In this document: positions 38,603 through 48,406 of the stretch, piece by piece | How positions within the stretch are numbered: the stretch's first letter is position 1 | How the letters are laid out: each line of letters opens with the position of its first letter | Assembly (NCBI GenBank): GCA_965223905.1 | Contig: CBDCXV010000010.1 | Coordinates: 160,001 to 224,000, forward strand | Length of the DNA stretch: 64,000 bases | Reading direction: 5' to 3' | Source of the DNA: Candidatus Latescibacterota bacterium | Lineage (GTDB): Bacteria > Latescibacterota > UBA2968 > UBA8231 | Program-made: the position numbers and the translations under genes | The notes under the pieces: generated by a model | What the model was told of the DNA's origin: nothing | Database searches by the model: none | Seen by the model: only the letters and a program-made list of their open reading frames with translations

Positions 38603-40204
38603 CAGCAACCCCACGATGGCGCGCGCCTCGTCGAGAGAATCGGGACTGTCCAGCCGGACCAGCGCCGGGTCGGGCAGCGACCAGTCGATGGCCCCCCAGA
38701 AGAGGCGGTCGTCCCCTCCGGGGGAACGTCCCAGGAAGCCCACCAGCCAGTAGCTCTGCGCCCTGTTCAGCACGCGCACCGAGCGCGGGGCAGAGACGCC
38801 GCAAAAGGGCAGCGGTTTCAGGGCGACCCCCTCGGCGGCGGTATCCCGCGTCAGGGCGTAGTGCGGCAGGGTCCCTTCCCCGGCAGGATCTCCGAGATCG
38901 GCGACGAAGGCGCACTCGGTCTCCGAGTACTGCGCCGCGATCGTGACATCGGCGATGCGCCGGCCTTCCGGGGCGCGGGCAGCAAGCGACTGCGTCTTCC
39001 AGGCCGCGGCCTCTTCCCAGCGCTCCCCCCAGGTGCAGAGGATTTCCTCAGGCCTGCCCACTGGGACGGTGAACAGGGTGTGGTTCTTCGCCAGCTTGCT
39101 CGCGTACTTGAAGTAGGTGAACCACGGGGTCGCGGTCTCGCAGCCGTCGACGATACCGGTCTCCCTCCAGGCTGCGCAGTCCCGCGACGAGTGCAGGACG
39201 ACCCGGCCTTCAGGCGAGGTGACCGCGAGGATGACGTCGAGGCCGTACTGGTGCACCTCCAGGGAGCGCACTTTCGCCGCGGCGATTCCGGCCACCGGCC
39301 TGCGCTCCCAGCGAACGAGGTCGCGGCTGAAGAGATGGCTCACCCCGGCCGCATGATCGGCGGCGTGGAACAGGTGAACACCGCCCCCGTGATGGAGCAG
39401 GGCGCAGGCGGCCACACTGCCCAACCCGGGCAACCCTTCGGCGAGGACCGCGCAGGTCTCGGGGTCGTCTCCGGTCGGCGCCGGCTGCGGGCGTTGCCGG
39501 CGATGGGCCGAGTAGCGGGCGGAGTTCGCCTTCTCGACGGTCGTCATGCCGGCCAACGGCTTCATCCCGGGGACGATGCGCCGCTGCGGGCACCAGCGGG
39601 TCAGCACGGCGTGCCGGGTCACCTCCGGGTCCGAGACGTTGGGAGAGCCGCAGTGCCCCATGAGGTGGTGAAAGAGGATGGCGTCCCCGGGCTCGGCGAG
39701 GAATTCCCGCGGCGGCCCGGAGTTCTCCGGTAGCGCCACCGCATCCTTGGCGGCCTGCCAGTTCTCCTCCATCAGCCCGCGGTTGCGCCAGGGAGAGCCG
39801 GGAAAAAAGATGAAGGCACCCCCCCGGGATCTGACGCGGGTCAGGAAGAGGAAGCAGCCGATGGCCCAGCCGTTCGGCATCAGGGTGGGATAGGCGTCGT
39901 CGACGTGGGCGGTCGCCCCGGCCCATTCCGCTTCCGGCTCGTAGGGGCGGACCATGTCCCTCCCGCTGGTCTTGCGCACCGGTTCGTTGCCGGGACCGAG
40001 CAGCTCGGCGACCGCGGCGATCAGGCGCTCGCTGGCGCAGGCGCGGATCCCGGGGAGGTCCCGGCCTTTGTCGTTGTCTTCCTCCAGCTCAGGAAGCACC
40101 GCGGAAATCGTCTCGGGAGAGACGGCGTTGGCCACGACGACGTACCCGTGCTCGAGAAAGTGCTCGTGGTCCGCCGCGGACAGTACCGTCCCGTTGCCGC
40201 TCAC
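38600..40204 (-). CDS. PhyH-family dioxygenase fused to a C-terminal putative beta-propeller domain
   Basis: FLEHGYVV, HVD, PGS, MGH in the N-terminal half; Asp-box-like SRDLVRW and SRDCAAW in the C-terminal half. Confidence 0.75.
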   Translation of the reverse strand: MSGNGTVLSAADHEHFLEHGYVVVANAVSPETISAVLPELEEDNDKGRDLPGIRACASERLIAAVAELLGPGNEPVRKTSGRDMVRPYEPEAEWAGATAHVDDAYPTLMPNGWAIGCFLFLTRVRSRGGAFIFFPGSPWRNRGLMEENWQAAKDAVALPENSGPPREFLAEPGDAILFHHLMGHCGSPNVSDPEVTRHAVLTRWCPQRRIVPGMKPLAGMTTVEKANSARYSAHRRQRPQPAPTGDDPETCAVLAEGLPGLGSVAACALLHHGGGVHLFHAADHAAGVSHLFSRDLVRWERRPVAGIAAAKVRSLEVHQYGLDVILAVTSPEGRVVLHSSRDCAAWRETGIVDGCETATPWFTYFKYASKLAKNHTLFTVPVGRPEEILCTWGERWEEAAAWKTQSLAARAPEGRRIADVTIAAQYSETECAFVADLGDPAGEGTLPHYALTRDTAAEGVALKPLPFCGVSAPRSVRVLNRAQSYWLVGFLGRSPGGDDRLFWGAIDWSLPDPALVRLDSPDSLDEARAIVGLL

Positions 40205-40253
40205 CTGCGCCGCTTTCCCCGCTGGAACCGGTTGGCGGTTTCGGCGATGCGGA

Positions 40254-40994
40254 TCATCCGGACTCCGGGATGTCGCGTCCCAGCGCCCAGTGGGCGCCGC
40301 GCCAGTACAGCTTCCGGTAGGTGGCGTGGCGCCAGGCGGTGTAGGTGTGCCCGGCGACGAGGCCGACGACGCGGCCGTTGCCGTTCTCCAGGGCCCAGCC
40401 GGCGATGTCGTGCCTCTTGTCCCTGGCGCCGAGGGTCTCGTAGAGCGGGACCGCGTCCGGGTGCTTGAGGATGACCCCGAAGTTCTCGTCCTCCGGCAGG
40501 ACGAAATCCTCGATCCCGGAGCTGATCGGGTGATCGGGGTTGAAGTTGTACATGGAGACGTCCTGCACCGGCCCGTGCATGATCCCCTCGATCCCCATCA
40601 TCTCGCTGAACTTCACCTGGTCGGGGGACCAGCAGGTGCAGTGCAGGGACATGAACCCCATGCCGCGGTTGACGACGTTGTCGACGATCGCCTCCTCGAG
40701 CCCGGCGCTCATGTACCCGTCGCTCTCCATGGAGCCCTCGTGAAAGGGGTCGGGGCACCATCCCTCGATCGGGCCGCCCCAGCGCGTGATCATCAGCAGA
40801 TCGGTGCCGGCGACGACCTCGGGCGTGACGTGGCGCGCGTCCTGGGTGAACAGCAGCCGCCACCCGGTCCCGTCGAGAACCTGCTGAATCGATTGGCGCT
40901 GCCCCATGTAGTTGTGCAGCTGATCTCCGCCGAGGTAGACGACTCGCGTTTCCCCCGCTTCCTTCGGCGGGATTCCGTTGCCGCTGGCACTCAT
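40254..40994 (-). CDS. ThuA-like (class I glutamine amidotransferase-like) protein
   Basis: G.GF.SLH, HPI..G, DE, G.GRVV...GH motifs. Confidence 0.85.
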   Translation of the reverse strand: MSASGNGIPPKEAGETRVVYLGGDQLHNYMGQRQSIQQVLDGTGWRLLFTQDARHVTPEVVAGTDLLMITRWGGPIEGWCPDPFHEGSMESDGYMSAGLEEAIVDNVVNRGMGFMSLHCTCWSPDQVKFSEMMGIEGIMHGPVQDVSMYNFNPDHPISSGIEDFVLPEDENFGVILKHPDAVPLYETLGARDKRHDIAGWALENGNGRVVGLVAGHTYTAWRHATYRKLYWRGAHWALGRDIPESG

Positions 40995-41010
40995 CTCGAA
41001 TCCTCCTTTG

Positions 41011-41841
41011 TCATCTTCCGTTTTCCGGATACGGCCGGAAGAGGTTGTACTGGTCTTCGCTGAGCCGGGTTTTCGTCGCCGCGGTGATGTACGGCAGCTC
41101 GTCCATGGTGGCGATGTTCTGCGACATCATGAAGTGCGGGCCGTACCCCACGTGCAGGGTCTTGCGCACCTGGGGCGAGCGATTGGTCAGCCCCCCGTGG
41201 CGCAGGCTCTCGGTGAAGAAGACGGCGTCACCGGCGCGAACCTCGAGGCCGACCACTCCCGGCTCGACGTCCGGGTCGTTGTCGTACGGGCACTCGAAGT
41301 TGGCCTTGTGGGTGCCGGGCACGACGCAGAAAGCCCCTTGCTCGTTGTCGACGTCGTGCACGAAATAGACCATGCGCACCATCATGCAGTCGATGCCGTG
41401 GCTGTTGAAGGTGTAGCGGTACTTGCCGTTCGCCTCGCGCGCGCCGCTGCCGTGACTGCCGCTCTGGTTGCCGGTGTAGCGGATGCGGATCTCCGAGTTG
41501 TTGATCGTCGGCCGCCCCTGGACCACCGCGTGCACGTACTTCATGGTCGGCCCGTGGCCGAGCAGCAGGTCGAAGGCGGGGTCGGCGTTCCAGAAATCCT
41601 CGATGATGATCGTCCTGCCCTCGGCGTTCGATCCCTGCACGTGGTACCCCATGTCCGGATTGCGGTGGTACTCCGGCCCCCAGGGGCTTTTCTTGCGCGG
41701 CGGCTCGTCGACGTGAGCGACGGCGTGCTCTTCCAAGAGGTCGACCGCCTCCGCCAGGGAGGCGACTTCGTCCGGGGTCAGCAGCTCCTCGATGACGAGA
41801 TACCCCTGGCGGTCGAATTCGTACAGCTCTGCAGCATTCAT
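41011..41841 (-). CDS. PhyH-family protein, non-canonical HxS type
   Basis: FDRQGYL, PGTHK, FTESLRH; first motif is HGS rather than HxD. Confidence 0.85.
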   Translation of the reverse strand: MNAAELYEFDRQGYLVIEELLTPDEVASLAEAVDLLEEHAVAHVDEPPRKKSPWGPEYHRNPDMGYHVQGSNAEGRTIIIEDFWNADPAFDLLLGHGPTMKYVHAVVQGRPTINNSEIRIRYTGNQSGSHGSGAREANGKYRYTFNSHGIDCMMVRMVYFVHDVDNEQGAFCVVPGTHKANFECPYDNDPDVEPGVVGLEVRAGDAVFFTESLRHGGLTNRSPQVRKTLHVGYGPHFMMSQNIATMDELPYITAATKTRLSEDQYNLFRPYPENGR

Positions 41842-41850
41842 CGGTGGACC

Positions 41851-42654
41851 TTATGGATACGGGAGAACGGCGGCCTTCTTGCCGAGGTCGGGGAGGCCGC
41901 GAACCATCCCTTGAAGGCGCGGATCGTCGCTGCCGGCGTACGCCTCGTGCGGCTCGAAGGCGTACGGCGACCACTCGTACAGCGATGCGAGGGCGGCGTC
42001 GCAGGCCGGGCGCGAGGCGTACTTGAGGACGATGTAGCGCCTCGGACCGGTCTTCCCGTAGACCGCGTGGAACAGGTTCTGCGAAAACAGGACGGCGTCC
42101 CCGGGGTCGGTCTCGACGGCGTAGCAGAGGATGTCGGCGCCGTCGATCCCGAAGAAAACGGGCGAGCCTTCGACGTGGGCCTTCTGCATCGGCTGCAGCA
42201 TCTCGTGGAAACCGGGCTGGTGGGAGCCCGGTATCACGCGAAAGGCGCCCTGCTCCCGGCGCATCGGGTCGAGGTAGATCATCACCTTGACGCGCAGGTA
42301 CCCCAGCTCGCGCTCGCCTGGCCGGTCGGCGTGCCAGTGGTGGAAGGTCCTCCCTTCCTCGAATCCCCGGTTCCCCTCCGACCCCGACCAGATCATGCCG
42401 TCGCCGAGCAGCTGCCGGAGCGGCCGGTACAGGCGCTCGTCGAGGACGAGCAGCTCGGTCAGCCGCGGGTGGCCCTCGACCACGCCGGAGACGGACAGGC
42501 AGTCGCTATCGCGGGGCGGGCGTCCGAGCTCGGCGGCCCAGACCTCGCTGGCCGCGGCGGCGATCTCCGCGGTCTCGGGGTGGGAAAAAAGCTGCTTCAG
42601 ATGCAGAAACCCGAAGGCTTCGAACTGTTGCAACTGCTCCTTGGTCAGTTCCAT
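41851..42654 (-). CDS. PhyH-family dioxygenase
   Basis: FEAFGFL, WHAD, PGSH, LFH motifs. Confidence 0.88.
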   Translation of the reverse strand: MELTKEQLQQFEAFGFLHLKQLFSHPETAEIAAAASEVWAAELGRPPRDSDCLSVSGVVEGHPRLTELLVLDERLYRPLRQLLGDGMIWSGSEGNRGFEEGRTFHHWHADRPGERELGYLRVKVMIYLDPMRREQGAFRVIPGSHQPGFHEMLQPMQKAHVEGSPVFFGIDGADILCYAVETDPGDAVLFSQNLFHAVYGKTGPRRYIVLKYASRPACDAALASLYEWSPYAFEPHEAYAGSDDPRLQGMVRGLPDLGKKAAVLPYP

Positions 42655-42766
42655 GGATGTGTCCTTTGCGCTGCCGGTACTGCCCTTCCCGACGGGGCCT
42701 TCCGGCGCACAATAGTATGCCGGGCAGGTTTCCCTGTCACTGCCGCGGACTTCCAAAAAACCCTGA

Positions 42767-42891
42767 CAGCCCGTTGTCAATTTGCCCTGTAAGCGAAGCC
42801 GAGTCATGGCGGTCGAAGACAAGGCGTACGACCCGCAAGGGTTCGCGACCGACAGGCGGCCACAGCCCGGATTTACTGTTTCAACGGGCTG
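42767..42891 (+). mobile_element. MITE-like element family A, copy 4
   Basis: CAGCCCGTTG...CAACGGGCTG termini and the shared AGTCATGGCGGTCGAAGACAA core. Confidence 0.83.
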
Positions 42892-43020
42892 CCAAGGCCA
42901 GGTTGTTGAGGTTGCCACCTGATCCGCCTTTTAGGGCCGCCATGCCCATCCACTTGTCGCTGCAACCGGCACCGGTACAGGCAGGAGACTTCCGGTGTCG
43001 CCACCGCGGTCCATCCGGTA

Positions 43021-43887
43021 TCAGGGCTCCACGAGATTGGCCTCGACGTGGATCGGCCGGAACAGGGTGCGGCGCTTGGGGGGCAGGCTCTCGAGGTACT
43101 GCGGATGGGGCTGCCACTTGTGCCACTTGCTGTTGACGTGGTTGTAGCGGCTGAAGATGGCGACGCGGTCCCGCTCGGCGCTGCGCCAGGGGGCGGTCGA
43201 GTGCGTCGTGCTCTCGGCGAAGATCAGCAGCGATCCGGCCGGACAGGCATAGGTCGTCCACAGCGGGCAGCCGGGATCCCGCAGGCTCTCGGGGGCGAGA
43301 AATACCGCCTTGTGACTGCCGGACAGCAGCAGGGTGCCGCCGCCCCCCTTCTCGACCTCGTTCAGCTCCCAGACGACGCAGGTCAGGCCGCTGTTCGCCT
43401 TGCCGGGAACGCAGTGGTAGTTGTGGGAATCCCCCGGCATGCGCCAGAGGCCGTTGCCGTTGTGCGGCCCCGGGGAGCCCTCGCCGTTGCCGCGCACGCA
43501 CAAAGAGGTCGACTCCATGCGGAAGCCGTAACAGTCCTGGCTCGACAGGTCGGGATGAGCGAGGAACTCGTTCATGAACCCGACGATGAACGGGTGATCG
43601 GTCAGGCGCTCGAGGGGGCCGGCCACCGCGGAGCGCTGATGCTCCGGCAGCGATTCCGGCTCGCGCTTGAGCCGGTAGCAGAACTCCCGCATCTCCTCGA
43701 CCTCCTCCCGGCCGAGCAGACCGGGCACCAGCAGCCAGCCCTGGGTATCGAACAGGTACCTCTGCTCGGGGGTCAGGGCCGCGACCGCCTCACCGTCCGT
43801 GTTGGTCCTTGGCAGGTCGACGGCGTCGACGTCGACGTACGCCAACTTGCTCTGCTCGAACAGCAGGGGCTTCGATCCGTTGTTCAT
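43021..43887 (-). CDS. PhyH-family protein, non-canonical HxG type
   Basis: FDTQGWL, PHNG, SGSHK, FAESTTH motifs. Confidence 0.85.
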   Translation of the reverse strand: MNNGSKPLLFEQSKLAYVDVDAVDLPRTNTDGEAVAALTPEQRYLFDTQGWLLVPGLLGREEVEEMREFCYRLKREPESLPEHQRSAVAGPLERLTDHPFIVGFMNEFLAHPDLSSQDCYGFRMESTSLCVRGNGEGSPGPHNGNGLWRMPGDSHNYHCVPGKANSGLTCVVWELNEVEKGGGGTLLLSGSHKAVFLAPESLRDPGCPLWTTYACPAGSLLIFAESTTHSTAPWRSAERDRVAIFSRYNHVNSKWHKWQPHPQYLESLPPKRRTLFRPIHVEANLVEP

Positions 43888-43970
43888 CTCCTTCTTCTCC
43901 CGCCTTTCCCCGGCGCCGGAGCGCCGGCATTTCCGATGAACGTGCCAGCAGCGGTTTGTCGAGGGCGCCC

Positions 43971-44479
43971 TCACCCCTCCCGCGGCTCGGCGATGGCGGC
44001 GACGGTCGCCCGGCTGACGGCGAGCAGGTCGCTCCCCTTCATCTCCAGGCCCATCGCCGGGTCTCCGCTGCTGAGGTTGACGCGCTCGCAGCGGGCGATG
44101 ATCTCGTCGCAGACCACGGGGACCTGTTCCGGAAGGCCGACCGGCGCCACCGCTCCCTGGATGCAGCCGGTAATCTCCCGGATCTCCTCCGCGGAGGCGA
44201 ACTGCAGGCGCTGGTACCGGTCCGGCAGGGCGGCGCGCACCGCCTTCGGGTCGACGCGCATGTCGCCGCGCACGCAGGCCATGACGTAGCGCCGCTTCTT
44301 GTCGCGCAGCAGGATCGACTTGACCATCTCCTCCATGAGCACGTCGCGCTGCGCGGCCGCCTCCTCCACGGTGAATACCTCCCTGCCGTGGGGCAGCAGC
44401 CGGTAGGGAATCCCCTGCCGCTCCAGGGTCTCGATGACGCGCGTGCGCGGCGCGTGCGCGGCGCGTGCGGGGCGGCCAT
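43971..44479 (-). pseudogene. ybaK: YbaK/EbsC aminoacyl-tRNA editing protein, frameshifted by an extra 11-bp repeat unit
   Basis: T.EEAA, VKS, TG...GAV.PVG motifs; the ATG at 44479 comes into frame if one 11-bp unit is removed. Confidence 0.8.
44439..44471 (+). repeat. Three 11-bp tandem repeats in the 5' end of ybaK
   Basis: GCGCGTGCGCG GCGCGTGCGCG GCGCGTGCGGG. Confidence 0.9.
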
Positions 44480-44482
44480 TCG

Positions 44483-45060
44483 TCAGGACTCCGGCACGGT
44501 CATGTCGCACGGCGGCTCGTCGGGGATCTGCTTTCCGAGCACGAACTGCTTGCGGTCGGCGCACCAGAAAACCCGCCTGCCGTCCCGCTCCGTCAGGCTG
44601 GCGTACATGGCGAGCCAAGTCAGGGCCGTCAGGGCCGTCACCCCCGCCTTCACCCGCTGGGTGTCCATCAGCAGCTTCGGCTCGCTGAACCAGAGCGGCT
44701 GGTGAGCGCCGGGGCGGAACTCGCCTACCGCCAGCCACAGCGGCCGCGGCGCCTCCATCTCCCAGGGACCGGTGTCGTTCTGATCGAAGCCGTCACGGTT
44801 GTGATAGAAAAGCAGGTAGCGGCCGTCCTCGAGCCTGTACACCGGGTCCGGCGACTTCGGGTGCAGCACCGCGGCACCGCGGTCGCGCAGCACCTCCGGT
44901 TCTCTCCAGGAATGCCCGTCGTCCTCCGATACGCTGTACTAGATGCGCCCGGTGACGGGGCGCATGTTCATCCACAGGCGCCTGTCCGCCAGCAGGGCGA
45001 TGGCCGGCTCCTCCGCCAGGCTGTACCCGCGCGAGGCATCCGGCTCCGCCCCGCTCACCG
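44483..45060 (-). pseudogene. BNR/sialidase-family protein, C-terminal remnant with an internal TAG; 5' part lost at the island boundary
   Basis: EEPAIALL...GRI-stop-YSVSEDDGHSW Asp-box...LFYHN. Confidence 0.75.
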
Positions 45061-45193
45061 ATTCAAGGACAATATACAGCAACAATACAGGGATTCCTGC
45101 AAGAAGAGAAAAAGCAACCGCGGGGTTGCGTTAGATGATTTTCTTCCTACCTTACAAAAAAAATCAGCAAATATCACCTAACAAGAGGTCCCA

Positions 45194-45325
45194 ATGGCTT
45201 GGCTTCAATGGCAGCGTCGAGTGATCACTCATTGGAAATTTTATCCGGAGAACTTTCTTGGCTTCGTTCAACTTGCATCCATCCTGATCTCACTTAAACA
45301 ATTTCAATTTTGAGAGGGGTTCTGA
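45194..45325 (+). mobile_element. IS5-family transposase C-terminal remnant with right end
   Basis: AWLQWQRRVITHWKFYPENFLGFVQLASILI resembles IS5-family transposase C-termini; ends TTTTGAGAGGGGTTCT. Confidence 0.7.
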
Positions 45326-45387
45326 TCATTTTCCTGATTGGACGCGCTCCAAGAGAATACAGGCGGTGGAACTTGAGAAATTCGGGT

Positions 45388-45885
45388 ATGACTTGCACTT
45401 GCTCACGTTGGAGTGAAAGGGGTTTAGTCGGCCTGCTCTGGGTTGGTTGGCTCTGCACGGCTCTATCCGCGGCTGACCAAAGCATACAAAATACCAGCGA
45501 GGACACTAGTAGCGCTGAGCAAAATTTAGTGCAATTTTATGTAGGGTTTCTAGCAGGAACCGCAATACACGATAGTACAGGACCTCTCGTCGGCTTTAGG
45601 GGTGGCTTGCATCCACTTTCTGGAAGTCCCGGATTTGCTTTAGAAGTTGCTCGCGGGTGGGCATGGCTTGAAGGGGAGCGTGATGACCTGCTTAGTTTGA
45701 GCATCGTTTTGGGTAGCCGAACACGCAAGCCCCGTGGATACTATTTTCGCCTAGGTACTGACATCGCAGCGGGGATGAAAATGCATTATCGTGAAGCGGT
45801 ATTTTTTCGCCCAGAGATAGCATTGGCTCCCGGGTACCTGTTTCCGTGGTTGGTACTAAGTCTTGGAGTCGAGGTATATCTATAA
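45388..45885 (+). CDS. Hypothetical exported protein, possible small outer-membrane beta-barrel (low GC)
   Basis: Signal-like N-terminus, amphipathic strands, ends LSLGVEVYL. Confidence 0.5.
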   Translation: MTCTCSRWSERGLVGLLWVGWLCTALSAADQSIQNTSEDTSSAEQNLVQFYVGFLAGTAIHDSTGPLVGFRGGLHPLSGSPGFALEVARGWAWLEGERDDLLSLSIVLGSRTRKPRGYYFRLGTDIAAGMKMHYREAVFFRPEIALAPGYLFPWLVLSLGVEVYL

Positions 45886-46271
45886 TTAGCGGATACGAGC
45901 GGCATCGTACAGTACACAAGGCGGAGCAGTGAGCCCGAACGTTCTGGCCGCTTCTACGTTGGGCTGTAAACCGTTGTCTCGTCGAATGGCCTTTCATCGG
46001 CGTTTATCTACGTCATGGCTGATTTGAAAAATGGAAGTAGGTTTCTAACCTGAATTATTCATAAAAAATGCGATGCCCCCTATATAAATGGTTGTTTACC
46101 CTCTGGTTGCATAAAACGGGGCACTTTTCTCCTTGGGACTGCCACATTTGTCACTTGCGGTGCCTCTGGAAATGGGGTATTGATGATATCGATCAATGAC
46201 ATTATCGACCCCTTTTCAGGAGGACACCGCAAGTGAAGTATAGCAAACAAGCCATTTGTGCCCGTTTTTAC

Positions 46272-47827
46272 GGGTGTAGCCTCCATTTTACGCATTTCTT
46301 AACAAGAGTAGGACCCCAAGTCCGGGTACGAGTTGTACTTTTGGGGGTAACGACTTAGCCCAAAAACCGGAAAGGGGTCCCAGATGGAAGATACGCACGA
46401 TTTGAGCGCTCGCCTGACCAACCTGCAGGAAAATGTCCGGCAGTGGGAACATCGCCTGCAGTCCGGGCAAGCAGGACCGGATGCATTTCGCCAGATGCTG
46501 GGGGAGTTTCGTTCGTGTTTGGACGACATCGGTCGAAGCGGCTTCCAACGCTTGGCTCAAGCTTGTGAAATGAGCGACGACACCGTGGTACACCAGGGGA
46601 AGTTGTACCGATTCAAGCAGGTGGTCGACAAGGAGTGGATGACCCTGTGGGGCAAGGTTGTGGTGGCGCGGCGGCTGTATCAGCCCGATCGCGGCGGACC
46701 GAGTCGGGTGCCTCTGGACGAGCGCTGCGGCATGGTCAAGCGATTCATGGTGCCGGAACTGGAGCGCCTGACGGCGTTTCTGGGCGCCGGCATGGTCCCT
46801 GCCGAGGTCCGGGACTGCTTGGGGGAGCTGCTGCCCGAGCCGCCCTCGCGCACCGCCATTCAATACCTGTTGACGACTGTAGGGCAGTATGCGGAGGATC
46901 ACGCCGAACAACTCGAGCTGGCCTTGCAAGCAGCGGCGCCACTGGATCCCGAAGGCGACACCCTGGTGGTCAGTTGGGACGGGGTTACCGTGCCCCTGCG
47001 GGAACCGGCACCCAAGCGCGGACGGCCCGCCGAACGACCGATGGACAGCGAAACCGACAGCGCCCCCACGGCCTGGAAAGAGGCGGGGGTGGGCATGGTC
47101 GCCACCTACCTGACGCCGCTGAATCCCGACAGGGAAGAGCCCCAACGCGTCGACGTGCGCTATGCCGCGCGCATGCCGGAGGCGAAAATGGAAACTTTGG
47201 TCAACGGCTTGGTGAACCAGACAGGTCGGGCCTTGCAGCAGGGTAGCTATGAGCACCGGGTGGTGTTGGCCGACGGCAAGCGCGAGATCTGGCGTACCGT
47301 GGAGGAGCACGGGGTGTTCGACGGCTTCACCCGCATTCTCGACTTCTACCACGCCGCCCAGCATCTGTCGAAGGCCGCCGAGCACCTCTTCGGCAAGCGG
47401 TCGGGAAAAGCTTTTCGCTGGTATCGACGATGGCGCCACAAACTGCGCCATGAGCCCGGTGCCGTTCAGGGCCTGATCCGTTCCCTGGTCTACCATTGCC
47501 GCACACTCCCAAAAGGATCACAACGCCATCGTCAGGCGACCACCGAACTGGGCTACTTCCGCAACAACCGGGATAAAATGGACTACGCTGGCTATCACGC
47601 TTCGGGCTTGATCCTCTCCAGTGGTCCCGTGGAGGCAGCCGCCAAGACCCTGGTCGGCCATCGACTCAAACGCAGCGGCATGCGCTGGAGGCGCGAGGGC
47701 GGACAGCAGATTCTCAACCTGCGAGTCCACGTTCAATCGAAACGATGGGAGGCCTTCTGGAACTGGTACCTTAAAAAAACCACCTCGCAACCCTACACCA
47801 TGGCTGCGTAAAAACGCGGCTACACCC
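46272..47827 (+). mobile_element. Complete ISKra4/ISLre2-like insertion sequence
   Basis: 23-bp TIRs GGGTGTAGCC-N4-TTTTACGCA (3 mismatches); 8-bp target duplication GTTTTTAC at 46264-46271 and 47828-47835. Confidence 0.93.
46384..47811 (+). CDS. ISKra4-family DDE transposase
   Basis: WDG, ADG, LDFYHA, SGPVEAAAK...RLKRSGMRW motifs. Confidence 0.92.
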   Translation: MEDTHDLSARLTNLQENVRQWEHRLQSGQAGPDAFRQMLGEFRSCLDDIGRSGFQRLAQACEMSDDTVVHQGKLYRFKQVVDKEWMTLWGKVVVARRLYQPDRGGPSRVPLDERCGMVKRFMVPELERLTAFLGAGMVPAEVRDCLGELLPEPPSRTAIQYLLTTVGQYAEDHAEQLELALQAAAPLDPEGDTLVVSWDGVTVPLREPAPKRGRPAERPMDSETDSAPTAWKEAGVGMVATYLTPLNPDREEPQRVDVRYAARMPEAKMETLVNGLVNQTGRALQQGSYEHRVVLADGKREIWRTVEEHGVFDGFTRILDFYHAAQHLSKAAEHLFGKRSGKAFRWYRRWRHKLRHEPGAVQGLIRSLVYHCRTLPKGSQRHRQATTELGYFRNNRDKMDYAGYHASGLILSSGPVEAAAKTLVGHRLKRSGMRWRREGGQQILNLRVHVQSKRWEAFWNWYLKKTTSQPYTMAA

Positions 47828-48046
47828 GTTTTTACAAGCTCCCCCGTCTTCGCTTCGAAGATCAACAGCTCACTTCCTTTGCCGGAGCCATCGTTTTTCA
47901 ACTGCTCTTCGAGCGGCTGGATCTAAAGGCTCGACTGAAGCAATGCTTTCCCGTGAAAAGCTCGGCGATCTTTGGCCCCCATGTCATCGTGTTGGTGCTC
48001 ATCGTGCATCTGTTGCTGGGTTTCCGGCGGCTGCGAGACGTGGATA

Positions 48047-48406
48047 GTGGTTTGCGCCTCCATACTGGGAACGGCCAGCTATGGAACCGACACTGACACC
48101 AATGAGGACACGGTCGACAGTGACGGTAATGGGATACAGGACAGGTACGAAGCGGACCTTGTAGCCAAGTTCGTTCCTGCCATGGTCCTGGACTCCAGGG
48201 ATAACGTATCCCCTGAACCAATCAGTTTCATCAGAGTCAACGGCTGGTCTTTGGGTCAAAGCGTATGACCTCGAAAGCCGAAAGGTGTTCGATAAGCGCC
48301 TGATTGACATTACCCCCGGCCAATGGAATCCACCGTTAACTGGTAGGGTGATCGATGATGGGGTGATAATCAAATCGAACCGAAATTTTCAAGCCTGAAA
48401 CCTTTT
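48047..48406 (+). pseudogene. Decapitated, frameshifted N-terminus of the downstream secreted protein
   Basis: Tail of a signal peptide, then DSDGNGIQDRYEADLVAKFVPAMVL...VSPEPI; start codon lost at the IS1380 junction. Confidence 0.6.

Larger units (their letters stand above)
46049..48046 (+). mobile_element. IS1380-family remnant (left end and first about 83 codons of transposase), interrupted by an ISKra4-like element
   Basis: End CCTGAATTATTCATAAA; joined across the insertion it reads VKYSKQAICARFY-KLPRLRFEDQQLTSFAGAIVFQ...LLLGFRRLRDVD. Confidence 0.75.

Noticed and set aside
22574-44941. In-frame TAG codons in the DgaE-like and sialidase genes as pyrrolysine or recoding
   Set aside because: Both genes carry other lesions (frameshift, truncation), and TAG terminates many intact genes here.
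45880-45966. attC-like sequence ending GTTGGGC after the orphan island gene
   Set aside because: The complementary box is imperfect and too close, and there is no integron integrase or second site.
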